The notes: a model not told the origin generated them from the sequence alone. Counted from the stretch's first letter, positions 15,214-30,589 are shown. The stretch is DNA of 64,000 nucleotides from Eledone cirrhosa (GCA_964016885.1 CAXHJY010001659.1:1-64000); one strand, 5' to 3'. Translations and numbers: made by a program.

Positions 15214-15730
15214 CATATATTTACAGTAAACATGTTGACTAATCAGGGTTGCGTATGCAACATACCGATCAGTGAATAATTAGATTTAAGCATATAACCT
15301 CATGTGTTTTCTTCCAAATATAATTTGTTAATCCAAATATAATTTGTGACAGAGTATATGTACAATAAACTTAATGGCGAAGGACCGATATGGTATTTTC
15401 GCTACGAAGGTCCAGCAAAAACATCATATCGGTCCACTCCCTTGACATTAGCTTAATTTGTATTGAGAACGTAATCTTATTACCTAAGATGCTGGTACGG
15501 GCGGGCGTAACTTAACATTTAATACAACACAACATTAGACCTCGTAACAGCACTGAGTGTTTCCAACGGCGCACCGCCTGTAATTGTAGTTACACACGTG
15601 ACTAACACACACATGACTAACGCACACACACACACACAGACGCGCGCGCGCGCGCACACACACACACTCACACCTGAGCACTGTACATACTAATTTCATT
15701 TTTATTATTATATTATATAATATAACATAT

Positions 15731-15925
15731 AGGGTGGTGGACTGGCAGTATCGGTAGAGCGTCAGACACCATGCTTTGCAGTACAGTTATGGCCATTTGC
15801 GTTCTGAGTTCAAATCCCGCCGAGGTTAACTTTGCCTTTCATCCTTACGAGGTCGATAAAATAAAGTACCAGTGGTGCACTGGGGTAATCGCTGGCCTTG
15901 TGCCAAAAGTAGAAACTATTATTAT
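15731..15925 (+). mobile_element. tRNA-derived SINE (octopus-type)
   Basis: A box TGGCAGTATCGG, B box GAGTTCAAATCC, body TTTGCCTTTCATCC..GTCGATAAAATAAAGTACCAG, ATT tail. Confidence 0.8.
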
Positions 15926-15949
15926 ATAATATATAAAAATACGTGATGG

Positions 15950-16510
15950 TGATATATGATGGCGATGACTTCAATATGAAGATAGCTAAAGGTTGGATCT
16001 CTTTCGTCTATTCTGCGTGCGTGCACGCTGGTGACTGATGTGGCGGATCGAAGAGTGGCAAGTCCGTCCACAGCAGTAGCAGCGACATGTCTCTGTTGTG
16101 CATGGCTCCACCCTGACACACCCTTTCAGCTGGGCTCTCCTCTCCTTTAGGCTGAAACGATGATTTGCCTAAGATGCGCTGGTAGCCGGCCAAATGATAC
16201 GGTGCCAAGCATTGCGGTCAGCAGCCTGGGTGGTCCACTAGTGGGGGTCAATGTTACATATTTTGAAGGTCCTTTTTAGATTGTCTTTCTACCGCTTCTT
16301 GGGCGCACTACTGTTTCTACAGCCAGACAATCTTTCTCCGTAGAGTATAAACTTTGGGAGGCGATGCTCCACCACTTTCGAATCATGCCCCTCCCAGCGA
16401 AGCTGTATCTTCATAAGAGTGGCCTAAATAATGGTGGTCTGGGCTTTCTCTAGGACCTCTGTGTTGGTGACATTGTCACTTCAGTTAATGTTTAATATGG
16501 TACACACTAG
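15950..16510 (-). pseudogene. RTE-clade LINE 3' remnant
   Basis: Reverse complement encodes a decayed QLRWEGH (cf. QLRWAGH) and a C-terminal ..ISHQRA zinc-finger-like end. Confidence 0.6.
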
Positions 16511-17461
16511 AACGACTACACACATACCCAACACGCCAGCCGCTGTTACTTTTTATACAAGTCAGCTCTCTCGCACATAACCTACAACAACAGCCCTGTA
16601 ACCTCACTATCCTCTAACACGCCTTACAACCTTCATACTCTCACAGGTTTATACTGACAAATACACACACATACACAAGCACACGAGAATGAGAATTCAA
16701 CACGATGCTTATCTCCCGTTTAATATTCTTAAATATATGACCTGCACTTTGCGAAAGTGGCTAACTACACACGAGTTTTCCTCTTGAAAAATCACAGCCC
16801 CCATTTCTTTCTTTTCTTGCTGTCATCTTTCTATTTCTACTCTCTCTTATTCCGTTCCGATGAAGCCTTAGCGTCCGAAAAGTTATGATTCTTTTTCTAC
16901 TATATCAAGTATCAAACTAATATATATCATCATTGTACAGTATTGTCCTCCCGTGCTGCATTTGCTTGTTGGATTTTCAGATGCATCGGTTGTTAGTTGT
17001 CACGACACTGCATCCTTCAAAACCTCTATGCTTACAGAAATTCGCCAACACTACATCTGATATTCCCCTTCCATACACACGCACGCATGTATTTGTGTGT
17101 ATATCATGACTCATACACTGTTTATTTTCCTGACATTTGTACATTATTCTATGTACTACACTTGCACCTTTGATGAGTTGTAGAGCTCCTGAGCACAGTA
17201 CACAATAATATCATTATTATAATATATATATATATATATTTCGTTTCTGAATTTGTTTAGCAAGATTCTTTATCTGAAATCGTGTGTTGAAACCGATATT
17301 GTTATACTTTGGGAGGGTCATGTTGCCAATAAGAAACACACGCACCAGTTGCTTTCACTTCAATTTATTATATATTTATAAATTTATAAATTTACAAATC
17401 TACAAACTTATAAATTTCTGGTTGGTTGGTTGGTTCCACAACCAGATAGTTGTTTATATAT

Positions 17462-17506
17462 AGTCATAGTCCTTTCGTCACACACTCTGTGACCTCTTCA
17501 GTGACT
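17462..17506 (-). ncRNA. Type I hammerhead (GTCACA-stem family, copy 2) in element 17240-17530
   Basis: Reverse complement: AGTCA CTGAAGA G GTCACA gagtg TGTGAC GAAA GGAC TA TGACT. Confidence 0.8.
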
Positions 17507-18254
17507 GGGGATTCCTTTCTTTGTTTCTGTGCCTTTCATTTCTTCTGTCCTACGCCATTTTGTTTCTGTGTGTGTGTTGTGTGCTCAGTTTGCGCATGCG
17601 CCACATCCGGGTGTCTGTGTGTGTTTGTGTTCATTTATCTATTTGTTTATTTATTTATTTATTTATTTACATGTTGTTGGTTGGTTGTTTGTTCTATGTG
17701 TGTGTGTGTTTTCATTTTGTCCTTAATTGTAAGTTGTGATGTTGCTGTTCCACTCATATTTTCTATTTAATTTTGGTTGTAATTCTTTTATGCTTACTGC
17801 CTCTGTAATTTGCCTAAACATTGCATCTTTTCTGTGTGTGGGTTCTATTTTTATTTATATATATATATTAGAAAATGAGATTTTTTTTTAACACAATGAA
17901 AAATAACCGGTGTCCTACACGAGTGAAAGTATAAAGAAAAAAAGATGAAATCGAAAATGCAACTGGAGTCTTATTTAAAAAAATATATATATTTATTTGG
18001 TTCCTTTACCGATTTCGCAGTTCTTCTGCTTTTCAAAAGTAGAGTTGAGATGGAGGGTCTGTGGTTTTTCTATATATATATATAACAAAGAAGGTGTGGT
18101 AAGATACCAGGTGGACCCATAACGCACCAGGGTATTCGATACTTAGGGTAGTAGAGTGAGTAATAGGAAAAAAGTCAGGACCCCGACGGCTGAGCTCCGG
18201 CCGTTTCGACAGCTAGAGCTGTCGAAACGGCCGTCGGGGTCCTGACATTTTTCC

Positions 18255-18345
<91 letters not shown>

Positions 18346-18869
18346 CACTAGGGGAACCAGTAATCTTTATTTACATTGCACCTTTTCGCTGCACGGCTCT
18401 CAGCTCACCGCAATGCAATATACCGACGCCACCTCGACGACGACGACCACCACAATCAGCCGAATCGCCACTAGCTCCAACATCACCACAAGTACCTCAC
18501 AACTAGAATATTGAAGTTTAGCATTAGCAGCATCACTTTAGATCACAAATATTTGTGGAAGAGCACAGTTGATTAAATATTTCATCTTACCCGGAATGAT
18601 GAAAGGCTAAATTCTATCCCGGCGGGATTTTAACTAGAACTCAAAGGGGGTACTAAAAATACCGCTTAGCATTTATCATTTCTACGGCATATTACAATTT
18701 TAGCTCCCCCCCCCCCCCCCCCCCCTGTATCAAGACTCAAGAATATTACTAATATTATTTATATAAATCTTTCTTTGATCTTTCCCAGATACGCAAGATC
18801 ATTTGCAGATCTTCTGCTGATTCAGATAAGCAAGTTTTATTTAATTTTCACCCACACGGACGCACGCAC

Positions 18870-18907
<38 letters not shown>

Positions 18908-18935
18908 GCACACACACGCGCAAACAGGCACACAG

Positions 18936-19053
<118 letters not shown>

Positions 19054-19325
19054 TTATATAAACTCACACACAATTCTAATGACTCAACATCTATTGATAA
19101 TCTTAAAAGCTCTTTACCTCGCACGCACAAACACATGCACATGCACATACACATGCACATGCACATACACAAACAGTCATACGTTAAGACGCTTGATCTT
19201 GGATAATATGTTTCCGCGTTCAATTCTATTCGCTTAAAATACACTAGGACAGAGATCCGAAAGCATCTGAAACCTGAGACCCCCTCATAGAATCTTTGAT
19301 ACCAAATTAACCTGGGCATGTACAA

Positions 19326-19391
<66 letters not shown>

Positions 19392-19484
19392 GTGTATGTA
19401 ACAGGTAACCAGAAATAACAACACAAACAGTACAATATATGGAATGAATATATTACTTTAACAATTGTAATAGCAGGAAGAAGG

Positions 19485-19520
19485 TCTTAACGTTTCAGAC
19501 GCTAATCCTTCATCAGAAGA
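19485..19520 (-). ncRNA. Minimal PLE-type hammerhead
   Basis: Reverse complement: TCTT CTGATGA A GGA ttagcg TCT GAAA CG TT AAGA. Confidence 0.7.
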
Positions 19521-19580
19521 AAGAATGAGAAATTAGAAAGATTGAGGGGATGGACAGAGTGGAATATATATATATTGTAT

Positions 19581-19613
<33 letters not shown>

Positions 19614-20743
19614 AATATATATATATTGTATATATATACATATTGTACACACACACACACACATATATATATATAATAACAATATGGATGAAGTGTTAGA
19701 TTTTCATTAAATTTATTGAGGTGTGACGTGCGTTTCACGATTGATCAGCTAAAGGTTCGATCTGTATCTAACGGGCCCGAGTCTGTAATCAAAAGCGCAT
19801 CGGACCTCTGTTATATGTATATGAAAGTAAACGTGTTGAGTTTGAACAACTCAAGCGGTGGGGTCGTAAGGGCCCTGAGTTTGGTTTGTCTACGTTTCTT
19901 GGCATGCAGGTTAATTTAACTTGTAAATAATGTGGCCGGTTATGTCTAAGGAGGGCGGGCCTTGGAAGTCACCGGAGAAGCCACGTACACGGGGACACTG
20001 TCAGCTGTGCACTGTATGTCATTTCTGTTTATGGGAAATGTGGAAGAGAGTGTTCATCAGTTGGTTGACTGAAATGTCATCTAAAAGTGCATCACAGCTG
20101 GACCGTAACACCTACTGCGAGAGGCCCCTATTGTTGCAACATCTGTACTGCTCATACTTAGGTGTCAAGTTACAGTCACCATATGTATGTATATATATAC
20201 AGATGAATATATATATATATTTTTTTCTTTCCCACACGCCACCTACATCCACAATACGTATAAACACCACACATACGTGCGTACCCCCACATATTTACGC
20301 ACTCAGCCTTCGGAATCCTCTCCCCCCTCCCCCACCCTCTGACCACTCCCCATCCACACACGCACACACACACACACACCGACCTACACCCCACCCCACA
20401 CACACCTTTTCCTGAACATGGAACCTCGTTCTTCCCCCAACTCTCACATTCACATACACACACACACACACACGTACACCTACACACACACACCACCTTC
20501 AGCCCTCCCCGCTCGGACACCCCAACTCCCTCTCCCCGCTCCACCCGCCACCACCCCTACACGCCCACACCCTTCCACCACTTGTTTATCTTCATGTTTA
20601 TTTTAATTTTTATTATTTTTATTATTTTTTTATATTTATTTTCATCTATTTTCATTTCCACCGTTTCCTCTCTCACCATTTTTTCTAAATGTCTCTCCCC
20701 CACTCCCCTACGCACCCTTGGAACTCTCTTCCCACACACTTTT

Positions 20744-20775
20744 CGCCTGAAGAAGGGCTTATGCCCGAAACGTCG
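20744..20775 (+). ncRNA. Minimal hammerhead in PLE 5' pLTR (decayed copy at 25521-25550)
   Basis: CTGAAGA A GGGC ttat GCCC GAAA CG TC; stem I is poor. Confidence 0.75.
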
Positions 20776-21249
20776 TTCCCCCAACTCTCAAGAGCGTGAA
20801 ACTAATAAACCTTTGTTCGTACTGCCTCTCTGTTTTGTTCCCGTTCCATTTTTCACTATACAATACACGCTCCCACGGCTTCCATACCTCCTTGGAATAC
20901 TACCTTGACTACCGGCTCAACCCCGATCTAATCCACCGTGACCACTCTCTGAACTTTCCCCACACCTTCCCACAACTTGTTTTTTCCTTTCTTTGCAATA
21001 CTTTTTGATAGATTTATTTACTGTACTTGTTTATTTCTGTCTATGATTTTTTGTCCATGATTGCCTGTGTTTTTACGTCTATGATTTTCCTGTGTATACT
21101 CTCCTCTCCTTACGTTATTTCTGTTTGATTTTCCCTCCCCCGTCTCTGCCTATCTTTCGCACTCACGCCTTCGTTCCACCCCCCCCCCCCCGCTTCACAC
21201 ACCTCCCTTCTCATTCCTCCCCCTGCTTTCACTCCACACCCACCATTCC

Positions 21250-24010
21250 CAGCCTGAGATCCTTTCTCCACCAAATCCACAACGGCCTCAAACTTTTCCT
21301 CACCCCCTCCTCCTACCCTGCTATCTCCCCTCGGCCCTTCAACTCTCTACCTTCTTTTCGCCAAAACCCGGCACTCCAGCCACATCCATTTCCTCAGCCG
21401 CTGCCTCCACCTCCACCTTATCCTCCTCGGCTTCCGTCTACACTTCCACACCTCCCCCTCGCTTCCGCCTCCACCCAACGTATCCTCACCCGATCCTCGC
21501 GCCTCCTAATGCGCTACTCCCTCCGCACCTCCGCTCCACCGTCCGCAAACTTGACTACCAACTGACCCCCACACTCCTCCGCCTTAACTCCGCCTGCCAC
21601 CCCCTCCTCGCCCACTCCATCCTCCTCTTCATCCAAAACCTCAACCACGACCACTTCTCCTTCCTCACCTCCATCAAAGCCCTTAAGCTACACTCAATCC
21701 TCCCGACCACCCCCATCCACCCCCACCCATCCCTATGACTCCCCCCACTATCCACCCCTCCCCACGCCACACCTCTACCCGATCTCCACCCACCACCCCA
21801 CTCTCACCACACCCTCCCCTCCTCCCTCACACACCCAAACCCCACCACTTGTTGTCACCATACCCCCTGACCCCCCCCTCTCCGCACCTGAGCGTTCACT
21901 CCTCAGTAGAGGCCTTCGCTTCATACCCCACACTCCGCACAGCGACGAGTTCCGCACCCGAACGGAAGTCGAGCGATTCGTGCGACGCACGAAGCTACAG
22001 GCACATTTCGATCAAACGCCCCAGACCCGTTTCTCGCCCTGGGCCGACGACCATCGTCTTGGACGCCGGCCCCAGGGTAATTTAGCACCCTGCTCATGTT
22101 CGTCGATGCCTGCCGTAGCGCAGTAAATCGCTTCGACTTCCGCCACCGGTCCCAACGGAATAACATCACACGAGCGAACTCCTCGTTCTCCGCTCCCTCC
22201 GTAGCCGAGATGACATCGTCATAAAACCAGCGGACAAGGGAGGCGCCGTGGTGATGTGGTGTGCTGACCTCTACACGGCTGAAGCCCTCAGGCAGCTCCG
22301 TAACCCCCTCTTCTACCGCCCTCTACCCACTGATCCCACACCCCTCTACCAACAACAAGTTCCCTCCACCATCCAACACCTTGTCTCCTCCTCCCTCTTT
22401 CCCCCACCGCTTCCCACCTCATCGTCCGCACCCCCCGCACCCCCACTATCTACTTCCTCCCCAAACTCCACAAACCCGACAACCCCGGCCGCCCCATCGT
22501 CTCCGCTTGCAACTGCCCCACCGAACTCATCTCCGCCTTTCTTGACACCATTCTCGCTCCCCTCGTCACCACCCTCCCCTCCCACATCTCCGACACCAAC
22601 CACGCCCTTCGCCTATTCGACTCCTTCACCTTCCCACCCGCCCACAGCCCTTCCTCTTCACCCTAGATATCAAGTCGCTCTATACAGTTATCCCCCCACG
22701 CCGACGGCCTACGTGCCCTCAAGCACTACCCCGACCTTCGCCCCTCCCCCATCCCCTCCACTCACACCCTCCTTCGCCTCGCCGAGCTGGTCCTCACCCT
22801 CAACTATTTCTCGTTCTCGGGTGAGTTTTACCAACAGGTCTCGGGGGTAGCCATGTGCACAAGAATGGGCCCAAATTATGCCAACCTTTTCGTTGGCCCT
22901 GTTGAGGCCCAAAACTTTGCCCAGTACACCGGCCCCACGCCCGAACTGTACGGTCGTTACATGACGACTGTATCGGAGCCACGACCCTCACCCGAGAACA
23001 GCTCGACTCCTTTCTCTCCTTCTTCTGCTCCTTCCACCCCTCCCTCCACTTCACCACCTTTATCTCCACCACCCACGTCCACTTCTTAGATATCTCCGTC
23101 GCCTTCTAACCCTACCACCACCCCCTCGTCACCTCCACCTCCTTCAAACCCACCGACTCCCACTCCTACCTCGACTTCACCTCCTCCCACCCTACACACA
23201 CAAAACACTCTATTCCCTACTCCCAACTCCTCAGGATCCGCCGCCTCTGTAGCCGAGATGCTGACTTTGAGTCCCAGGCCCTTTCCCTAGTCAGCCATTT
23301 CATCCGCAGAGGTTACCCCCACTCCCTCGTCCACACCGCCCTCACTCGCGCCCGTGCTGTCCACCGCTCCACCACTCTCACCCCACACACCGCACACCCA
23401 CCCACCGTCTCCCCTTCCCCTTCACCTACCACCCCTCCACTCTACCCCTCCACCGCACCATCCTCCGCCTCTTCCGACGACTCCAATCCGACCCCTCCAC
23501 CTCCCACATCTTCTCAGCCCCACCACTCCCCTCCTTCAAACGCGCACGCAATCTCCGCACCCTCCTCGTCCGCAGCTCCCTACCCCCCCCCTCGGTTCCC
23601 TTCTCTGTTCCAGGCCTCGTTGTAACACCTGTCCCCACATCATCAACACCACCACCTTCCAGGGTCCCACCAGCCACTCTCTCTCTGTCCGGCACGCCTT
23701 CCACTGCACCTCCTCCAACCTAGTCTATGGACTTCGCTGCACGGAGTGTAGCGCAACCTACGTCGGACAGACTGGACGTCGCCTGGCGGACCGTTTCACT
23801 GAACACCTCCGGGATATTCGTCTCGGCAGTAGTTCCCCCATCGCCCGCCACTCTGGCTGCCCAGGACATTCCGCGCACCACCTCACAGTCTGTGGCCTAC
23901 TCCAATGCCACGGAACACCCGCCACCCTCCTCAGGGTCGAACAACACACCATCTTCACCCTACAGACCCACACTCCCCTCGGCCTGAACTCCCCACCCCT
24001 ATTCCTTTAG
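21250..24010 (+). pseudogene. PLE RT + GIY-YIG endonuclease ORF, disrupted
   Basis: Motifs are spread over frames 22248-22850, 22853-23089 and 23354-24010. Confidence 0.88.
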
Positions 24011-24559
24011 CCTTCGACCGCCGTGTTTCTTCCCCCACACACATATCCCCCACTAACACCACTAACACACTCCTCCTTTTCACCGCCCAATCCACAACTA
24101 ACAATACTAACACCCCCCCCCCCCCGACCGCCCGCCCCAACTAAAAATACTAACATCCTTTTCCCCCCTTCTCTCTTCCCTTCCCCCTTCCCCTATCACG
24201 CACACACCCACCGGTACATATATACACGCACTCACACTAACCACACACCCTACTACCACCACTAGCCCTCACCCACACATCCACTCCCACCACCCCACAA
24301 CTAATACCACTAACATCCCCCCGACCCCACGCACACGAACCCCCCCCACTCACACCACCCATTCGACACACCCTACCACCACTGACCCCCACTAACACAC
24401 CCGCATTCAACCCTTTCCCCACCACCAGTATACTAACACCCACTAACACCCTCTTCACCACACATACACTCATCCAAACACGCACACACACATCAGTACA
24501 CTACACTCCCTCTATTGTCCCCACAACTTTCTCTCCCTCTCCCCGCTCCACCCACACCC

Positions 24560-24624
<65 letters not shown>

Positions 24625-25643
24625 CCCACTAACACCTCTACTAATACACCCCCTCCCCCCACACAACCCCCTCACCACTCCATCTTTCACACCTACCCAT
24701 CCTCTCGCCATGTCCACCGCACCTCCGCACACACTGACACACCGACTTTCTCCACCTGCCATTCTGCCCTGCTGCTGCTATGCCCTGACTCCCTGACCAC
24801 CTCTCCGCACACACAGACACACAGCCCTCTCCACCTATCCTTCTCCTCTACCCTCCTCCTGCCTTGACCCTCTGACCACTCCCTGTTGTGCGCGCACCCG
24901 ACATCTCCCCTCTTCCGACCAACCCAACCACGGATTACACACATTGGACATCGCTCCCACGAATCAACTCCATCACAACGAAAATATCCGGCAACCCACC
25001 ACACCCTCTACGGAATTACCTTAGGAACTTACCCACGGACATACACTCACAACATTTTTTTTCCCACACGCCACCTACATCCACAATACGTATAAACACC
25101 ACACACACGTGCGTACCCCCACATATTTACACACTCAGCCTCCGGAATCCTCTCTCCCTCCCCCACCCCACACACACCTTTTCCTGTACATGGAACCTCG
25201 TTCTTCCCCCAACTCTCACATTCACATACACACACACACACACACATAGATGTACACCTACACACACACACCACCTTCAGCCCTCCCCGCTCGGACACCC
25301 CGCCTCCCTCTCCCCACTCCACCTGCCACGACCCCTACACGCCCCACACCCTTCCACCACTTGTTTATCTTCATGTTTATTTTTATTTTTATTATTTTTA
25401 TTATTTTTTTATATTTATTTTCATTTGTACCCCTTCCACCGTTTCCTCTCCCCCATTTGTTCTTAATGTCTCTCCCCCACTCCCCTACACACCCTTGGAA
25501 CTCTCTTCCCACACACTTTTCGCCTGAAGAAGGGCTTATGCCCGAAACGCCCCCCCCCACTCTCAAGAGCGTGAAACTAATAAACCTTTGTTCGTACTGC
25601 CTCTCTGTTTGTTCCCGTTCCATTTTTCACTATATATATATAT

Positions 25644-26466
25644 AAGGCTCTATTGATTTTTCCCTTGATTTCTCTAAATTCTGTTGGATAAAGCTATATC
25701 CTGGTTCCTTTTGAATTGAGTCTGAATTATTTTTCCCATATCTTACGTTAACTATTTCCCCATTTTGACGCTATAGTCGCATATATGTTATGGAATACTG
25801 TTAGCTTCTCGCTACAACAATTTCTATACTTTTCATTTATATATATATACTCGGATTTATTTCTTAGAGTGTTTAAATTATTTGTGACTAATGCCGGTAT
25901 TTTTTTTGGAAAAAAACCGCGATGATATTGCTTTTTGCTGAACTCCTTTTGTAGAGTTTTCTTTCGGAATGTTTTTGACTGTTGTTTCATGTAAACAAAC
26001 ATTTGTCTCATTCTGATGTCACCAGCCCTGTTTTTACACATGTGCGTTTATTTTAATAACCACGCATGATGTTAAACTAGCCTGCTTTTAAATTCCCTTT
26101 TTGGCATATTACCAGTGAGACCTTGGTTACCATGTTGAGCTCTGCTGAGGAACGAAATCCAACCGTGACCATCTCCACTGAAAGTTTTTTTGAAATAGTC
26201 TTTTCAAGACTATACAGAGCATTTGAAGTTGTCCCAAATTGAAGGTTGAGTACTTTAGACTTTGTTTTATCATGAGTTAAGGCTCTATTGATTTTTCCCT
26301 GGATTTCTCTAAATTCTGTTGGATAAATCTATATCCTGATTCCTTTTGAATTGAGTCTGAATTATTTTTCCCATATCTTATGTTAACTATTTTCCCATTT
26401 TGACGCTATAGTCGCATATATGTTATGGAATACTGTTAGCTTCTCGCTACAACAATTTCTATACTT

Positions 26467-26470
<4 letters not shown>
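25644..26470 (+). mobile_element. Partial-tandem HHR element (period ~635); relative at 57668-58310
   Basis: 25644-25835 is repeated at 26279-26470. TA flanks. Confidence 0.8.
26139..26220 (+). ncRNA. Type I hammerhead with full stem III
   Basis: GCTCTG CTGAGGA ... GAAA TAGTCTT ttc AAGACTA TA CAGAGC. Confidence 0.8.
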
Positions 26471-26541
<71 letters not shown>

Positions 26542-27759
26542 AGTGTGTGTGTGTGTTTACTTTCCCATTTGTTCATAACCCATACCTTTACGGTTTGAAA
26601 AATAGAGATCAATAAAATATGTAGATTTGAAAAATATACATTAAGGTTGATATGACCGACTACAATATTTCTTGACCGCTCCCCAGTAGCATGGCCACAA
26701 TTTAATGACTGAGATCAGTAAAAGAATTTGTAAAATGCTCTTTTTATGTGAGATTGACCGTGTGTGCCTGTGTTGACCTCATAGGAATAAACGCTGACAC
26801 CAGCTTGTGTAACAAGTAACAACACATGGCATTCTGCTACAGACCATAACACGAAGTTAAAAGCTCATCTGTTCGCCCACCATCAATATATCTCCAAGAA
26901 AAACCATAAAAAACAATACAATACGACTATAAACCGTTTTCTTCCTCTCACGAACATACAATTAAACCTTCGCTCACACGAAAGCCAACAGAAATTGAAA
27001 TCATGTAACTGAAATTAAGGCAGGTGTTGAGATGATGAGAATAAATAGATTCCATATTGAAACGAACCAAAAACGGGGGGGGGGGCATTTCAAGCTAAGG
27101 GATTAAATTGGTTGTGCCAGCTGCCTATTGTGGAAAACTGAGAAGCCTTTAATTAAATCTGGCCCCTTAAGACATTCAATTACGCGTGATTCACACACTG
27201 ACCTTGCGGTTAAAGCCTGCCGAGAGAATCTTCTCTAAAAACACTTCAGATGCCAACAGCTAACGCAAAGGTAGTTCTAAAAGAAATGTTTCAATATAAA
27301 TACCCCAAACCATTAAATAAAAGGTTTGCACCTCTTTCTCACCTCTTGGAATATAAGGTGATAACAATTGGTATCGAAAGGAATTTCTTTAAAAATACAG
27401 AAAACAGGTTGTCAAAAATATTGATTTCTAATTTAAGCAAACGACCAACAAATTTTGAGGAAAGGAAAAGTTGATCAAAATCCAACCCGGTACATGACTG
27501 GTACTTTATTCTATCGACTGCGGAAGAATGAAATGTAAAGTTGACCTCGGCGAAATTCGAACACAAATTAGTCAGAACAAACAATGCAATGATATTTCGT
27601 CTGATGCTTTAGCAATTCTGCCAATCCTCTACCCTAAAGTTGTTAAAAATATTAATATCTTTTGATTAGGCGAGGGCTAAATTTTGCAGTAATCGTTTGC
27701 AGTAATCTACTGAATTGCGTTATGGTTGTTATTTTATCTAACTATTTATTACAGACAAG

Positions 27760-28200
27760 GAAAGATCATGTGGCTTGCCCCCCTATTTTCCCGCAACGTT
27801 AAAAAAAGTATAATAGTATAAATAGTATAAGCAAAACATTCTCAAACTCAGTCAATAAAACGCTTTCCCATCATCCATAAATATAAGAAAAGTTTCAATA
27901 GAAAATGCATCAAGTTTGGCTACTTTTGCGCAAGAACCATGAAGGTGTTTATAACCTTAAAATGATTTAAATATACTTCTCCAGGTAGTTCCTGCAACAG
28001 AAAGCTTGGTAAATGCCCACTAAGCGGGGAATGTAACGTGAAATCTGGAGTATATTAAACAATTACCCCAACCATACTCCATTAAATGACCCCAAAATAG
28101 ATCTATATAAGAGCGTTGGATAGTAAGTTCAAGAAACGCTTCTTTAAAGCTTCTTAATTTACGAACGCGTTCTCTCAAATCTTGTAGGGCACAATATATC
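27760..28200 (+). pseudogene. Highly decayed Naiad-like PLE GIY-YIG remnant
   Basis: Reads CNRKLGKCPLSGECNVKSGVY...YI...KFKKRF. Confidence 0.5.
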
Positions 28201-28503
28201 TAGTTCCATAATATTTGAGGAGGACGTGCACTAGCATTTTCGAAACATATGTAGCATTCCAAATAAATACTGTATAAACACACACACACACACACATATA
28301 CAGAAAGACACAGGCCCATGACATACATATATATATATACATAAAAACACAGACACAGACACAGACCCCATCACATACATATATATATATATATATATAC
28401 ATACAAACGCACACACACACACACACACACATTCACATTCGCACACACACATTCGCGCGCACACACACACACACACACACATTCACATTCGCACACACAC
28501 ATT

Positions 28504-28573
<70 letters not shown>

Positions 28574-30589
28574 GTTATTATCTTTGAATCAATGTGGGAA
28601 GTTTGAACAACGGAACCGAGATAAGGCTCGTCTGAATGGTTTCATGAACAAGTAAACTCTCGTGAATCAACCCGACCCACCATACATATCACCAACCTCA
28701 CCATCCCTACCTCCTCTTCGTTTTCCTTCTCTTTTTTCGCCTCCTCATCCTCCTCATTACCATCATGATCAGCAGGACAACAACCACCACTACCAACAAC
28801 AACAACAACAACAACACCACCACCATCGGTGTTCAACATCATAAATTCTTCACCACCAATAAAACCCTCCTGAAATTACTGACCACGGAAAAAGTAGTTC
28901 GACCTCCTGGTGTGTTATCAATGATATGTCAGTGGTCAACAACTACAGAGTAGGAGGGCGTGGTGGTGGTTATTGGTGAAGCGCGGGAACGGGACAGTTA
29001 GAAGTGGTGACGTTGTAGGCGGCCGTTCGGAAAGGCATTCGTCATAGTGAATTTTTTTTGTTTTATCCATTTCAGTAATTAATGCTATGCTGGACAGATA
29101 AGTGATATTAAAGCCACATTCGTCAGAAATAGTAAAAGCAATACACATCCCCTCTACTATCACAACAACAACAACACCACCAACGTCTAATCTAAAAATA
29201 AAAATCCCATAGATAACAACATATCCGCTCCCACATAAGATTTAAAACTAAAAGTAAAAAAAAAAGGAAAACTCATATATAAAAAAGCAGAAAACCACGT
29301 TTAGTTTAGATTGCTGAAAAGCCATACTAGTTATGGTATTTGTTTATTTAGATATTGGCATGAGCATGGCCTAGTGGTTAAGACCATAAAGTTATGGGTT
29401 CGATTCTTGGGGAGTGTGCCACGTTGTGTTCTTGAGCAAAACACTTCCATTCACGTTCCGCAAGTACACCCAGGTGAAAATGATTATCAACAATAACTAG
29501 GGGATTAACCCTGTGATGGACTGGCGTCCTGCTCAGTGTATGTGTGTGTGCATGGGGGGAGTCTTGTATTCTCAGTAGTTAACGTCAATTAAACTGGGAT
29601 AAGCACCGACCTGATTCACCTCCGAGTTTGAGATATTATAGCATAAGCTTAATGAACTTTTCTATTTTTAAAAGAGTTTATATAACAATTTTTAGAAGAT
29701 TTTGAATTTAAAGTTACTAGATTTAACATGTCTGAAAAATAGCTTAAGTTGGGCATATAAGCCCCTGGAGACGGAAGAAAATTGTACAGCGTTGCTTGTG
29801 GGACACGGAACCATACCTGAAATATCCAGTTTCACTGTGCTAGGCCTCGCGGTATTGTACAATTTTTTCCGACTTCAGACTATTTTTCGTCAAAAACGTT
29901 GAAGCTACTAACACACACATTATTGATTGATGTGAGAATGAGTATCGAAGTTGAAATATTCTTTATTATAGCTAAGTGATGAGTCTTATTACTCGTGCAC
30001 TCACGGGATTATCTGATATGATGATCCTGTAAATCACTGGTGAAACTGCGACAATGAGACCGAAACAATTCATGAGAGAAATGATAATATAGACCAAATG
30101 TTCTCAAACCGTTTCAGCCAAACGCCCCCTTTTGTCCCTCGAAATTCAATATATTACTAATTTTGATATCAGTAGATTACTGGGCCAAATCAAGTTACGT
30201 TAGAATCTTTAAAAACTACTCGCACGAATTAAATACAAAAAAAGTTTCAGTCCAAAACAAAAGCAAGCTGTTTCAAATTATATATTTTTGAAAAAAAAAA
30301 GATTTGATCTCAGTCGAAAAAGCTTTTTTTTTTTAAATTCTATATTTCACTGTTAGCTGTTGTAATATTTTGAGTGGATAGACAATTCTACAAAATACAA
30401 AACATGCAAAATATAAAGAATTTCTTACCTTTCTCTGAAATCACTAACTCAGAGGGAAAACAGTACCTTGCAAAATAAAATACCTCGTAGCAAAATAAAA
30501 TACCTAGTAGCAACGAATGAATTGAGAAGATTGGAGAGAGTGAGAAAGCCATATCTGTATCCCTCATATATATATATATACATAGATAG

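Larger units (their letters stand above)
20221..25631 (+). mobile_element. Full-length but frameshifted Penelope-like element (Neptune-like) with direct pseudo-LTRs, inserted in (TA)n
   Basis: pLTRs 20221-20860 and 25055-25631. RT motifs IKPADKGGAVV, DIKSLY, GVAMCTRMGPNYANLFVG. Cys linker CSRPRCNTC and GIY-YIG NLVYGLRCTECSATYVGQTGRRLADRFTEH. Confidence 0.92.

Noticed and set aside
15387-15435. Hairpin GGACCGATATGG/TCATATCGGTCC
   Set aside because: Single occurrence with no definable element ends; probably a fragment of an old DNA element.
15731-15830. Functional tRNA genes
   Set aside because: A/B boxes run into a shared SINE body with no intact cloverleaf.
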